64,000 bases of DNA from Azolla caroliniana (taxonomy: Eukaryota > Plantae > Polypodiophyta): assembly GCA_043228905.1 (NCBI GenBank), contig JBHGNT010000009.1:7564001-7628000 (forward strand). The letters run 5' to 3'. This document shows positions 12,817 through 25,445 of this stretch, in pieces. A program made the translations under genes and the position numbers. The stretch's first letter is position 1; the number at the start of each line of letters is the position of its first letter. A model generated the notes under the pieces. The model had not been told where the DNA came from. It worked only from the letters and a program-made list of their open reading frames with translations, and did no database searches.

Positions 12817-15606
12817 CTATTCTTCGTCCAAAATGTCCAGAATGCTTTGTTCGAGAGGCTCCAATGGTTCATCTGGAGGTGGTTGTTGTTGTTGTTGCTG
12901 TTGTTGCTCTGTTGATGTCTGCTGCGGCGGGTTCGTTGGTGGCTGCTGCCGCTGCTCCTCCGTTTGTTGCTCTGACACCGGTGTCTCTGTCGTTGCTCCC
13001 TGCGTCGTAGTGGTCTCCGGTTGACTGGTACCCGGCTGGCCCTCAGCCGGCGACGGTTCCTCATCACTAAGGTTAACTGTTGCCGCTTCCCGTGCTTTTT
13101 CTTCCCGCACCTGGGACCGCTCGTAGCTTTCAAACTGGATTTGAGCGTCCAGCCTATCATCGTCTAGCTGAGCTACGAGTTGCCTGACCTGCGCCAGCTG
13201 TTCATCTGCCAGGACTTGGAAGTCATCGGCCAGCTCGTCCCGTATGGCGGTGAAGTCCTCGGAAGTCAACGTATAACAGTCATCTCCTTCCTTCCGCCGG
13301 TTTTCCACATCCGCCCGAAGCAACTGGAGTTCCGCCGCGTTTTGTGCCCACTTTGTCCACCATTTTACGGAGCTTTCATCAATCAAGTGTTTTGTCTGAT
13401 TCAGCCATGCCCGGAGGATGGACTGAATCCGGCTCGTTCCCAATTGCGATTTGGTTTCCGCTGCTTGCCGTTCCTCCTTCAGTTGTTTGATGCTTTTGAC
13501 GTTGTCCTCCGCCGGCGCCTTTTAATGCGTCAATTGCCTTTGATATGTGCTTTGTAATTTCTGCAATACTGTTGACGCTCTCTCTTTGTCTTCCTGCTGC
13601 TGCCTCTGGAGCTCCATCCGGACCTTCTCCGTCTCGTCCAAGCGTCTTGTATTTTCCGCCCGTTCGTCGGCGATCTCCGTCGCGGCCCGATCAACTGCCT
13701 GCTGGAGCTCGGCCATCCGTTCTTTATGCTCCATTTCCAACCGTTTGTAGTCCTGGTGCAGGTGCTCAAAATCATCCGTCTTTTGCTTGAGCCGTGCGTT
13801 GATCTGACGACAGGCCCGGTCCTCGCGGTCCTTCTGCTGGCGGAGCTCTTCTTTTAGCCGTTCAATCTCTGTTTCCGCCGTTTTCCGCAGCTTGTCCTTT
13901 TCCTGCAGCACTTTGTCTTTCTCCTCCTTTAGCCGGTCGTACGCTTGATGGCCTTTCCGGAGGCTCTCCTCTGCCCGGTGGAGGTTCTCAGCAGTCTTCT
14001 TTAATTCGGCTTCGGCCGCCGTCTTCAATTCTCGTTCACGGCTCCTTAGCGCTTCTTGTGCGGCAAGTTCATCTCTCAATTCCGCAAGCTCCTGGGCTTG
14101 CGCCGCATCTCTCGCCGGAACGGTTTTCGTTGCCGGGGTCTTATTGCTATGTACAGGTCGTTCCGTTTCTTTATTCTGTACACTTACCGGAGTCACCGGT
14201 GATTGGATCTGTGTTGCCGTTAAGGCCATTTTGGCCATCTCTGTCGTGACCTGATCCAAGTCTTTTTCAAGGCACCGGATTCTGGACCGGGCCGTCTCTA
14301 GTTGTTTGGTTGTGACGAGCAACCGTTCGCTTTGCGCTCTTTCTTCCGCCTCAATATACCGCACTGCTCCGGCTATCTGTTCGCCTATCCACCGGAGCCA
14401 CAGGCTACCGGTGCCTTGTTGTGCTTGCACGGAGGTTTGACAGATGGGCTCACTTGTAGAGGGGTGGTTGCGCCTGGTTGCGCCGAGTTGCAGTTCCGTT
14501 TCTGCCCGTGGACCACCCTGTTGTCCTGGTTCCCCTTGCGCTTCTTCTTGGCTGACCGAGGGAGGCTGCATTGACCTTTCCGGCTCTGGTGGGATGGGAC
14601 TTGCTGGTGTTGCCGGTGGTGCTGGGGCTTCTGTTTCCGGTGCCATATGCACCGGTTCCGGTTCCTTCCTTGGCGTGGGAATGTCACTAAGGGGAGCCGG
14701 TGTTCCCTCCGTCTGAGGGTCCGAACGTTTCCCGGCTGTCTCAACGGTCCTTGCCGACGACCGTCGCTGGAGGTGCTCCGTGGGCTCCTCCTCTATTTCC
14801 TCCTCCTGAGCTCCGGCATTGAGTTTTGCCACCAAGGGGTCCGCTTCTCTATTCACCGGTCGGCGGAGTGTGACCTTTACGGGTCGTGCCGGTGGTTCCT
14901 CCTGCGCCTCCGTTGGGCGCTTCCGGCTGCCGCTTCCTACTGCCTCCTGTTCTGCATCCGCCGCCTTTCCCTTAATGGCCTTAGAGGCCAATAGCTGTTG
15001 CCGTTTGGAAGCCGTCCTTGGGGTGCCGTCTGCCACTCTTCCTCGCTTCTTGGGCTGAACGGGCTAGACGGGTGGCACAAGCAAGGTGAGCCACTGCGTT
15101 ACGGCGTGCCATATCCTCCGTTCGTCTCGACCTTCTTTGTCATCTTTGCCTCTGACGATCTCGATGGCCGCACACAACCCGTCTGCGATCAATACCGGCC
15201 AATCCACCTTGATCCCTTCATAGGTGGCGATGATCATCCTTGCCCGGTTCTGCGGTATGACAGGGGGTCTAGGGTACACGTGGCCTTATTCATGGAGCAC
15301 ATGAGCAATTTCGCGGAACAACATATCTCCGCCGCCCTGTGTCCGGTAGCCCTTGCTGGCTAGAGAGTACTCACCAAAATACCCGATGAGTTGCTCCGGG
15401 GTTGCATTGTCGATCGTGAGTATGCCTCCCTCCAGAAGGCCTGTTAACGCTCGAATCGCGTCTGCCGTTATGACCTCTGTATCTATTTCCTTGATCACTT
15501 TGTCGGCTTCTTTGTGTGGCGGTACTTCCATCATCATCAAGAAGCCCTCGAGCCCGTGTTGCTTCAGCCATGTCTTGGCGGCTTCCGACAGCGTTTGCGG
15601 GTCCAT
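12817..15606 (-). pseudogene. ~929-codon extra ORF of Gypsy family 1 (globular N-terminus, Pro/Glu-rich linker, long coiled coil) with 3 in-frame stops
   Basis: ORFs 15286-15810, 15064-15279, 13522-15036 and 12817-13443 are all in one frame. Start at MDPQTLSE. Homologous to 47523-50494. Confidence 0.8.
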
Positions 15607-15977
15607 GTCTGTGTCGAGGTCGGATGGCGGTGGCGAGGTTGGATGGTGATGAGAGTGAGGTTGAGAAAGAGAGAGTTCAGAAGGCGGGGGTTCTCTGTGC
15701 GCAGGTTCTCGTCTGATGATCTTGCAACGTCTCGGTGCGCGAAAGTAGAGGGTCTCTACGTGCAGTGGTTTTTGTCTGTGCATTCTGGCGCCTTTTTCGA
15801 GTGTGTGCATGTCGTGTACTAAAATAGCATTATGTCTTGTGGTGGCACTTTAAATGCCCACTACGTACCTTTTCGCTCCTCGCTCTTTCATCCATTCATT
15901 CCTCGCTTTTGCATGATTGTTTTTTTTTTTATTTTTAAATAAATTTATTTTTAGTTATTATTATTATTAGTGTGACG

Positions 15978-18900
15978 TCACTTGTCCGTTGGTCCTCTCG
16001 GACCCTTACCGGCCTCATTCTCCCCAGTTACTGGCTCGCCTTCTCTGCCGTCTTGGTGGTTGCCATTTCCCTCATTGGTGTCGGTCCTTTGCTCAAATGG
16101 GTTCTTAGGCATCGGTCCTCTATATGCCTTCAACCAGAATCCGTTGACCCATTTGCCTAGCACTTCGCCGGCAAGTGTCCCTAACTGGTAGGACCCATTA
16201 TACTCCCGTGTTAGCCAATACGGTCCGGTCCATCTAAACCGTAGTTTACCCGGCATCTTGCCCATCCGGGTTTGAAATACTAACACCGGTTTGCCGATTG
16301 CGAACATTTTTTCGTTACCTTTCCTGTGTCGGTTGACAAATGCTTTCTGTCGCCGTTGCTTCAATTCTAAATGTAGGATGCTAGCCAGTCGTTCTTCCTC
16401 GAGCTCACACAGCGCTGTCAACCGTATTGTCTCCGACTCCTTCTCGTTCAGCCGTTCTCGTAGCTGAATCCGTAAGCTGGGTACTTGGAATTCTACCGAC
16501 ATGACCGCCTCTAGTCCGAACGCTAACCGGAACGGTGTTGTTCGGATGCTCGTTTTGTATGCCGTCTGGTATGCCCAAAGCGCGCTATGTAGCTTTGTGT
16601 TCCAATCCGTCCGGTTTTCGTTGACGATCTTCCGGAGGATATTCTGGAGCGTCTTGTTTGTTGATTCCGCTAAACCGTTCGCCTGTGGATAGTAAGGTGT
16701 GCTCCGTTTGTGTACAACGGCATAGAAGGTCGTCAGGCTTTCCACTACTTGGCCGAGAAAGTGCCCCCCTTGGTCACTTATTAATTCAATTGGGCATCCG
16801 TAACGGCACCAGATGTACTCATATAGAAACTTCGTCGTTGACGCAACGGTGTTATCCCGTAAAGCTTTGGCCTCCACCCATTTCGTGCAATAATCCGTAG
16901 CAACGATAACGTACCGATTACCCGTTCTCATTGCCGGTGGCTTGAACGGTCCTACAAAGTCCAGCCCCGACTTTTGGAATGGCTCGAGTGGTAGTACCGG
17001 CTGGTGTGGCATACGAGCCTGCTCCGTTGGCTGGCCCATTCTCTGGCATAGGTCACATTCTTTTGCGTACCGTACCGCATCTCTTAATGTCGTTGGCCAC
17101 CATAGGCCACTTTGCCATATTTTTCTGGCCGTCGCATCTCCGGCATAGTGACCTCCGGCAACTCCGTAGTGGGCTTCCCTTAGTATCAATTCCTTTTCAT
17201 CGCTGTGCACCGCCCATCTCCATATGCCGTCCGCGCCCTTGTGGTACAGTGTGTCTTGCAGTAAGCTGAAATGTCGGCTTTGCACCGCCAGGCGTTTCCG
17301 TTCGTCCCGGTTCATCTCTTCCGGAGGCAGTCCTGTGCTCAGAAACTGGTGCATATTTGTGAGCCATTTGTCTTCCTGTGCCACCGTCTCATCTGCTGCC
17401 GTCTCCGTAGTGACTCGAAACAGCTCTGCATCCGGAAACTCATCCGCTACTCCGTCACCCGTCTCTCCGGACTCTAAACGGTTTAAGTAATCCGCCACGA
17501 CATGCTGTATATCGGGTCGGTGGAATATTTCAAACTCGAACTCTTGTAACAGTAAGGACCACCGGGCCAATTTGCCGGTGAGTGACGCTTTGGACACCAG
17601 GTAAAGGAGTGCCAAATGATCTACATGGAAGGAAAACTTCCTTCCCAACAAATAATGCCGAAACTTTGTCACACTATAGATCATCCCTAGAGCTTCCCGT
17701 TCCGTAGTAGAGTAGTTCCGTTCTGCTTGGGATAGCTTCCGGCTGGCATAGTACACTGGCCGGTACCACTTTGGTTCCGTAAGCTGCATCAGTACGCTTC
17801 CGATTGCGATGTCGGAGGCGTCCACGAACACGTGAAATTCTTTACTCCAATCTGGAGGCTGCACTACCGGTGCCTGCGACAATAGTACCTTGTGGGCCTT
17901 ATACGCCCTATCCTCAGTGTCGGTCCACTGGAATGGTGTTCGATGTACGACGGCATGAAACGGTGTAGCCAGGTCGGCCAAGTATCGGAGCATCCGGCTG
18001 TGCCACCGGATCTGGCCTAAGAACCGGCTTAATGCCTTTGCCGTTGCCGGCGCCGGTGTTCTAATATGGCTTTCACTTTGTCCGGGTCGACTGCAATACC
18101 TTCCTGGCTCACAATATGTCCTAATAAAGTTCCACTGGACACGCCAAATACACACTTTGCCGGATTCAAGCTTAGCCGGTACGCTCTACACTTTTCTAGA
18201 CAAAGACGAAGGTGCTGAAAATGGTCCTCCTCCCGGCTATAGACAGCGAAATCGTCAAGGAAAACCTGAATAAAAGCCGGTATATATTCACCAAATATTT
18301 CCATGATGATTCGTTGAAATGTTGCCGGTGTCGTTTTGAGTCCGAACATCATCACCATGGCCACAAAGACCCCCCCTTCGGTGACGAATGCCGTTTTCTC
18401 TTGGTCGTCGGGGTGCATCCGGATCTGATTATACCCGCTGAATCCGTCTAGGAAGCTATAGACCTCATGGCCGGCGACGGCATCCAACACTCCATCTGTG
18501 AACGGAAGTGGAAACGCATCCGTTACCGTAGCCGCATTGAGTTTCCGGTAGTCTACGCAAACTCGAATTTTTCCGTTCTTCTTCGGTACGACTACGATCG
18601 GGCTCAACCATGTCGCTTTCTTTACCGGACGGATAAAGCCAACTCTTAGCAGTTTGTCGATTTCCTCCTTGACTTTGGCGGCATAATTGGGATTCATCCG
18701 GTACCGTCTTTATGCCACTGGTTTTGCGTCCTTGCTCAAGTGCACCTGATGCTGGTATAACTGAGGGTCAAGTCCTCGCATATCTTCGTATGACCAGGCG
18801 AACACATCGCGGAATTCCGTGAGAAGTGTGATCATCGCCGTTTTGTCTTCGGATTTCATCTCCTTGGCGATGTGCACCGGTTTTGCTTCGTCCGTGGTGC

Positions 18901-21762
18901 CTAGGTTCACCTCTTCCAGTTGCGACGCTTTCACGCGCTGTGAAACGGCCATTTCCCGTTCCAACGCTTCCTGCGCTTGCCGTAACTCCCGGATTGCATC
19001 TTTATCCGGTTCTGCTTCAGCCTCTTCCGGTTGCGGTAAGTATGGTGCTACTACTTCGGCAATGTCAATTTCGAAGAGGGGTATGATCTTCGGGTTTTCC
19101 TGCAGGTACTGAGCTTCTTCTTCGTCCGCTAACCCTTCTAGCATGTTGACGCATTCCGCATACAACGGTGTACATTCCTTGCCAGTGCTCGTCCTTGGCT
19201 GTGTTGGTACCCGTACCTTGGCTTTTCCTCGCCGGAAGGTAATTATATTTTTCCGCCAATTCTGTTTGATATGTGCCGTTTTCAACCATGGCCGCCCCAG
19301 CAATAGCGGGTATGCACCTTGTGCCTGTAATTGTAGCACTACGGCCGAGATGTGAAATGTATGACCGCCGACGGTGACTTCTAATTTCCGTATTAATCCT
19401 CTCGGCCGCACTGAGCTTGTATCAGCCATCCGCAACCAGAACGAACACGGCTCCCACTCGTGGATTCCTAGGTCATCGCACGTCCGGAGGCTTATTACAT
19501 TCACCCCAGAGCCTCCGTCTATAACTGTGCCGGGAAGTTCTTTCCCTTTTACAATGGCAGTGATTACCGGACTGCTGGTGTCCACCACCGTTGGTCCCTC
19601 CTCCGGATTCAAGAAGAGTACCAGTGCCGGTGATGGTTCTCCTGCAGTCATGGCCGTCTTCAGTCCTTCCGTGAATCTTGGCACGAGTTGTAGGAGTCTT
19701 CCTAGTGGTAACGTAATCTGGCATTCTTGCAACACCTGCCATGTCTCGTTCTCGGAGTGATTACCGCCGGCAAGCCCTGCGGTGTTCTCCTTTTGTCGCT
19801 GTAAGTCTATGACATTTTGCTCGTTTGCTTTCTTTACCCATTCCGTTGCTTGTTTCCGGATGGTCTCCTGTGTCTCCCATTCTTTGGCCATGCCCTTCGA
19901 CCTTGTGGTCACCTGCTGCAGATCTGCCACCTCAGGGACTACCATATTTACTGCCGGTCGTTTTTCATAGCTCTTCACCGGGCATTGGTTACTATAATGG
20001 CCTTCCTGTCGGCAGTAGTAGCAGTAGGCCTTCCGGGTATTGCTAGATTTGGCATTGTCTGTTGTACCTGGGGTAGGTCCTGCGGTACGCACGGGGTTTT
20101 GTACCGGTTAGCTGCTTGGAGCTCCTTGTTCCGGATCCCGGGGGTAGCCGCCTTTTTTAAAATGCCGTTTTTTGTTATAGCTCTTCTTATTACGGTACTC
20201 TTGACGGTGTTGCCCGTTATATCTGCCGTATTCCTCCCGTTGCTGACGATACCCGGGGGAGTGCTCCCGGTCGTAATGTTCGTATCGTCTATTGTAATCC
20301 TGGTACCGATCATGCCGGTCATAGTTATCCCGCCGATCACCGTACCGGACATCATTTTCCCGTCGATCGCCATACCGGACATCCTGTGCCGGTCGGTCGC
20401 GGTCCATTCGCCGCCAGCGTTCGTCTTCTTCATCCCGGCTGCTGCGTGGCTCAATTTGTCGGACGGGCGGTGCTTGCCGGTTCAACAGATTATACTCGCA
20501 CCTATCCGTCATATGGCTGTTGGATTGACAGATTACACATTGCGTCCTCATAGTGCATTCTAGAGCCGAGTGTCCGGAATTCAAGCAGGTTTTGCAGTGT
20601 ATTGCTTGCCGAAACCGGAGGTCTTCATCGGACGGTAACGCCCGTTGAAATGCTCCCAGTGTGAGCCAGGAGCTTGTCTTTTCCATCTCTCTCACCCGGT
20701 CAATGACCTGGTCGATGGTACTTGTGCGGAAGTCGATTACCGTGCAAACCGTGCGTAGGGGTTCCCGGAGCGCGTTTAGGAATATAGTCCGTAATTCTCT
20801 TCCGGGGGTGTGCGGGCAAGCTGACTATGCATCCGTTGAAACCGGATGACAAATTGGGGAATGCTCTCCCCTGCCTCTTGCCGGATGGTATAAAATAAGC
20901 CTACCATTACGGTCTGGTCCACCTCCTTTTGAAAAAAATGCAAGAATTTAGCTTTTAAATCTGCAAAGGTGTTGATGGTAGACGGGTCCTGCGTCCGGCG
21001 CCATCTTGCTGCCGGTCCCTCCAATGTGACGCCAAATTCCACTATCTTAGAGCGTTCTTCTTCCTCCGGAGTCAATCGCTGGGACACATGGTTGGCTTCC
21101 CATGTCTATTCAAAGGCGTGCACATGAGCTTCCGCGTCCGGATCATCTCTATACTTGGAGTACTGGAACGGCATGTCGTCGTCCGCTATCGGTGCGCGGG
21201 TTGGTAGTGTTGGTGCTCGTTCCGGAATTTTCTCCGGCGTCGGTGGTCTTTCCCGATTTGTTTCCGGTGTCGGTTGTTTTTCCTCTTCCTTTGGTGACGG
21301 AAGCCTCTCCTCTTCGACTTCCGGTGTCGGAGGTCGTTCTTCCTCTACTGGTTTCGGGGGTTCCAGCGTTAGCACTTCCGGTTTCGGTGTCGGTAAGGTA
21401 TCTGATCCTTCGTCCTCTAGTCCGCCTAGGGTTTCGTCGCTGCTACGGTAGTTCGTGTGCACACTGTATTCCCCTTCGGAGTCCGATTCATATGCTGAAA
21501 AGGCCTCTGCTTCGCCTTCTCCGTTTGCCAACGCGTGGAGAAGGGATTCGGTTTCCCGGAGGCTGCTTAGGCTGCTGCCATCGTCCGGGTGCGATGTTTG
21601 CTGTAACTAGAGGGAGTCCTCTGCTACTCTCCGGATTACGTTGGAAAACGAGCGATCCGCTCTAATTTCCTGCGCCGCTTGCTGGAAAGCCTCGCGTCTC
21701 CTTTGCCTTTCGGCAAGGCGTCAAGTTCGATCTGTAACCAGGTCGTGCGTTGATCTAGACAT
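15978..21762 (-). pseudogene. Gypsy family 1 gag-pol
   Basis: Retrotrans_gag-like region, CCHC knuckles, protease VIDGGSGVN, RT RVCVDYRKLN...VFLDD, RNase H VDASD, integrase GLDFVGP...SDQG...AE. A few stops and frameshifts; the start is approximate. Confidence 0.92.
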
Positions 21763-21798
21763 CCATCCGTTCCGTCGTTCGCTGCAAAAACAGGAATC

Positions 21799-21808
21799 GT
21801 GGTCGCCA
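21799..21808 (-). promoter_or_regulatory. PBS of family 1 (tRNA-Arg type, 10 nt, 7 nt from the LTR)
   Basis: Minus strand reads [LTR]cagtttt-tggcgaccac. The T-rich spacer resembles Athila PBSs. Confidence 0.7.
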
Positions 21809-21815
21809 AAAACTG

Positions 21816-22249
21816 TGTTAACTCTTAGGGCCGGACAATGGCCTAACACAGGGTGTCTATGGGAGACACTTCACCAAAGGGTGTTACGGCAACCGGATTA
21901 GACTTCAACGCTTAATCCGACTTAATTAAGTTACTTATTAGGATCGTCTTTCATAACACGCGTTAGATATAACAATTACGACAGAACGGCAATTAACACA
22001 TAGAGATAACAACGCTTAAGCTTTCATTAATTAACCGCTAACTATTACATTGTATCCGGGCCTTTAAATAGGTTTCCGGTCTGTATTACAAAACGGTGCC
22101 ATCTGCACCTGTTCGGGATCGGTCCGGATCCGGAACGGCATACCGTTTCTGGTCCGTCCGTCCACACTCATAGCTTAATTACAACCACATTCCTACTACT
22201 TAATTAACTCTCCGTTTCCCACTCTGGACTCCTTTGCCGGCCGGTAACA
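21816..22249 (-). repeat. Gypsy family 1 5' LTR
   Basis: Direct repeat of 12329-12762; tatttaaa TATA-like motif on the minus strand near 22065. Confidence 0.95.
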
Positions 22250-22254
22250 TTAAC

Positions 22255-23340
22255 CTTTCAAACCAGTTTTTATGTCTTGTCATATGATTAGATGCCCTAA
22301 AATCTACATACCACATAAAATCTTCATTATATTTCTGTGAGCATTCAACCACTGATGTTGTTTCATGTTGCACCACAAATGCACCATCTTTATCACAATC
22401 TTCACTAGTTGAGGCATAATTATTTTGCTGTCTCTTCCTTCTTTTTTCATCATTTTGCTCTTTGTAGCGTTCAGCCTGTGTATGACCTGGTTGTCCACAA
22501 TACCAGTAGCCATCATCATTCAAATAGGTTTGCTTACCTCTTCCTTGATTGCTCCCCTTGCCTCTAATGTTTTTTCTTCCACTAATGGCTTGTTGTCCTC
22601 TTCCTTGATAACTATTATTGTTGGTTCTAGTTGGACGAAATCTTCCATGGCCTCTTCCTCGGCTTCTTCCAGCACTATTGTAGAGGGCTTGCCCCTCATT
22701 CTCTGAGTTTCCCTTGTTTACATCATCCATTTGATTTCTTTCTTCTACTACAAGCATTGAAACCAGATCTGGAAAACTTGGGAATCATGCTATCCCTTGT
22801 GAGAATAGATGTTTTGAAGCTTTTATATTGAGGTCCTAAACCTCTTAAGAATATTTCCACCTTATCATCATCTTCTACCTTCACATTGATAGAAGCAAGT
22901 GATTCACATATGCTCTTTATTTTTAGAGCATACTCATTTACTGACATCTTACCTTTTTCCAAGGTATTTAGCTCAGTTTTCAACTGAAGCTTTCTTGCCT
23001 TTGTATTCACTGCAAACAGTTTTACTAAACTGTCCCAAGCTTCTTTTGGAAGCATAACATCCTATATGTGTCCAAGCATCGAATCTGAGATGCTAAGTGA
23101 GAGTCAATGCAATACCTTTCTTGCCCCTTGGTTCCATTCCTTAAATGCTTTTATCTGTGCAGTAGATGCATTTTCTTCAGGGATCTTTGGAGCCTCTTCT
23201 AGGTCTCCTTCAATATAATCCCAGTATCCTTTCCCCATAAGGAAGTTTGTCATTCTGAATTTCCACGCCGGGAAATTGTTTTTATCCAATTTTTCTATGA
23301 CTATTTGGCTTGCATTCTCTGTAGCCATTTTCTCTTTCAA
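22255..23340 (-). pseudogene. Copia B gag and N-terminal protease
   Basis: IEKLDKNNFPAWKFRM, ARKLQLKTEL, a degenerate zinc knuckle and WYVDFRASNHMT. Confidence 0.9.
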
Positions 23341-24304
23341 CTAGGGTTAACTTCACAGACAACTCTCTTTGATTCAGATATGCAAGCAGAGAAATAACCT
23401 TCTCATATCTATGCACTGCTATACTCTTTTTTATGAGCAACTCTGCTCTGATACCATGTTACGAAGGCGCTTCGGCTCTTCTGTGTGCACAACGAATCGT
23501 GGTGTGCTGGATCGTTCAATGCTCAAGCCAAAAAGGGGAAGGGGAAGGAGGCTTACCTCTACACAGTCCAAAAAGCTTCTACTTCATTGCATGCAAAGCT
23601 CAACTCGCTCTCGTCTATTTTCTGTTTTTCTGTTCTTACTCTCTGCACCACTCTCACTCTTCTACTTACTACTTACTACTTACATTTTTACCGAAGTAGA
23701 TAAGTGACTTGTATATGCAGCTAATTAGCTGTCAGTAGCTAAATAGTTGTTAGTAGCTGTTGAACGGCAAGCTCAACCGGAGCCGGATCGGCTGAATAAG
23801 CCGGAGCCGGTAAGCGAGACGGATCGGGCGAAACGGATCGGTATTACGGTGAGCAACCGAACCGGCAAGCAGTGGAGGCCGGGTGCAATCCGTAACCGGA
23901 AGTCCAATCGGAAGCCTAGTATAGGATAGACTACTAGGTAGCTATAGTCTCGTAGTAAGTGTCAGATGCTCGTGTGAGCATTGAAGTACATGGTACTTCT
24001 GTCAGTCCTAAGAGGACTTGTATAAATAGTGCTACTTAGCACAGTGTGTATACAGAGTCTTGATATAATTTTGAAACTACGTTCTGCTCTCTCTGTCTCT
24101 GTCTCTGTCTCTGTCTTTGTCTCTCTCTCTATCTCTGTCTCTATCTCTCTATCTCTCTCTCTCTCTGTGTTGTTCTCTGTTTTACGCTTCCGCAAACACT
24201 TACGTTTACATGGTATCAGAGCGCGAGGGTTGAGAACCTCTGCTGCAGACATTTACTCTTGAGAAGAAAACCCTAACAGGTCGAAAACAGACACAGTAGA
24301 AGAC

Positions 24305-25243
24305 ATGGATAGAGGCATGCCTACGTCGCTCTCGGTGGAGAAGCTCGATAGGAGCAACTACGCATCCTGGTCTTACAAGATGCACCAGTACCTGCTTGGA
24401 CACGGGTATTGGAGTTATGTCGAAGGAGCGAATGATGCGGTGCCAGACTCGACACACAAGGACTTCCCGGTATGGGAACAGGCGGCAAGCAGGGTGATGT
24501 ACAGCTTCGCGTCCAGTGTCGGCGATCAGTTGCTCAGCCACATCTGTGACGCCAAGACACCGAAGGATGCTTGGGGGAACCTGAAAAAGGTTTTCGCCGC
24601 AAGCACCACTGCCCGGAAGCTGCAACTCAGACAGGAGTTGAGCAATGTTCGACAGAAGAACATGTCCGTGGCAGACTACATGGGCCGGATAAAGGAAATC
24701 TGCGACTCGCTCGCCTCTATCAATGTTACCATAGAGGAAGACGAGATGGTGCAGGTATGTCTCGGAGGCCTGGCGTCCAAGTTCGGAGCGTTCCGGACTG
24801 CGGTGTGTACAAGGGAGAATACCCCCTCATTCTTCGACTTACAGTCGATGCTCCTTGTAGAGGAGAACCACGCCGGTGCATCTACCAGTGCATCCCCGGA
24901 CAGCCAAATGTTGTACACGGGAATAGATCGGCTCCGTGGGCGTGGTGGAAGAGGTGGGTCAGCACGCAATGGAGGCGGCCGGCAAGAGCAGGAACGAAGG
25001 CACTATGAGTGTGCCGACAACAGTTCCGGGACTTCCACAAGCAGGGGGAGTCAAGGCGGTGCCGGAGACCGGCAAGACAAATCCGCTACGGAATGCTGGT
25101 ACTGTGGCAAAAAAGGCCACAGGGAAAGCGAGTGTTGGAGAAAGCATGCCGATTCGGACAAATCCGGATCCGGCATGACCGGTAAGGATGGAAACAACAG
25201 AAGGATGAACGACTTTGGCACCGCTCTGTTCGCGAAACAATAG
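24305..25243 (+). CDS. Copia C Gag
   Basis: VEKLDRSNYASW, ARKLQLRQEL and CWYCGKKGHRESEC knuckle. Confidence 0.88.
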   Translation: MDRGMPTSLSVEKLDRSNYASWSYKMHQYLLGHGYWSYVEGANDAVPDSTHKDFPVWEQAASRVMYSFASSVGDQLLSHICDAKTPKDAWGNLKKVFAASTTARKLQLRQELSNVRQKNMSVADYMGRIKEICDSLASINVTIEEDEMVQVCLGGLASKFGAFRTAVCTRENTPSFFDLQSMLLVEENHAGASTSASPDSQMLYTGIDRLRGRGGRGGSARNGGGRQEQERRHYECADNSSGTSTSRGSQGGAGDRQDKSATECWYCGKKGHRESECWRKHADSDKSGSGMTGKDGNNRRMNDFGTALFAKQ

Positions 25244-25445
25244 AAGGTCGAGTCGGAGATCGACCTGTGGCACAAGCGGATAGGCCACGTCAACTACCGG
25301 AGGCTTCAAGACCTGCAAACGAAACAAGTTTAGCGGCCGGAGAGCCGAAATCTGTGAAGCCTGCCAACTTGGGAAGCAACATCGGCTTCCATTCCCCACC
25401 GAACGGAACCGGAGCCGTAACAAGCTCAATCTCATCCATTCGGAT

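Larger units (their letters stand above)
12329..22249 (-). mobile_element. Full-length non-chromovirus Ty3/gypsy element (family 1, Athila/OTA-like) with a large 3' extra ORF
   Basis: 434-bp LTRs at 12329-12762 and 21816-22249; perfect TSD ttaac (12324-12328 and 22250-22254). Domain order gag-PR-RT-RH-IN with no chromodomain. PBS tggcgaccac on the minus strand. Confidence 0.95.

Noticed and set aside
12747-21901. Numerous plus-strand ORFs antisense to family 1
   Set aside because: Shadow ORFs of GC-rich coding sequence with no recognisable motifs.
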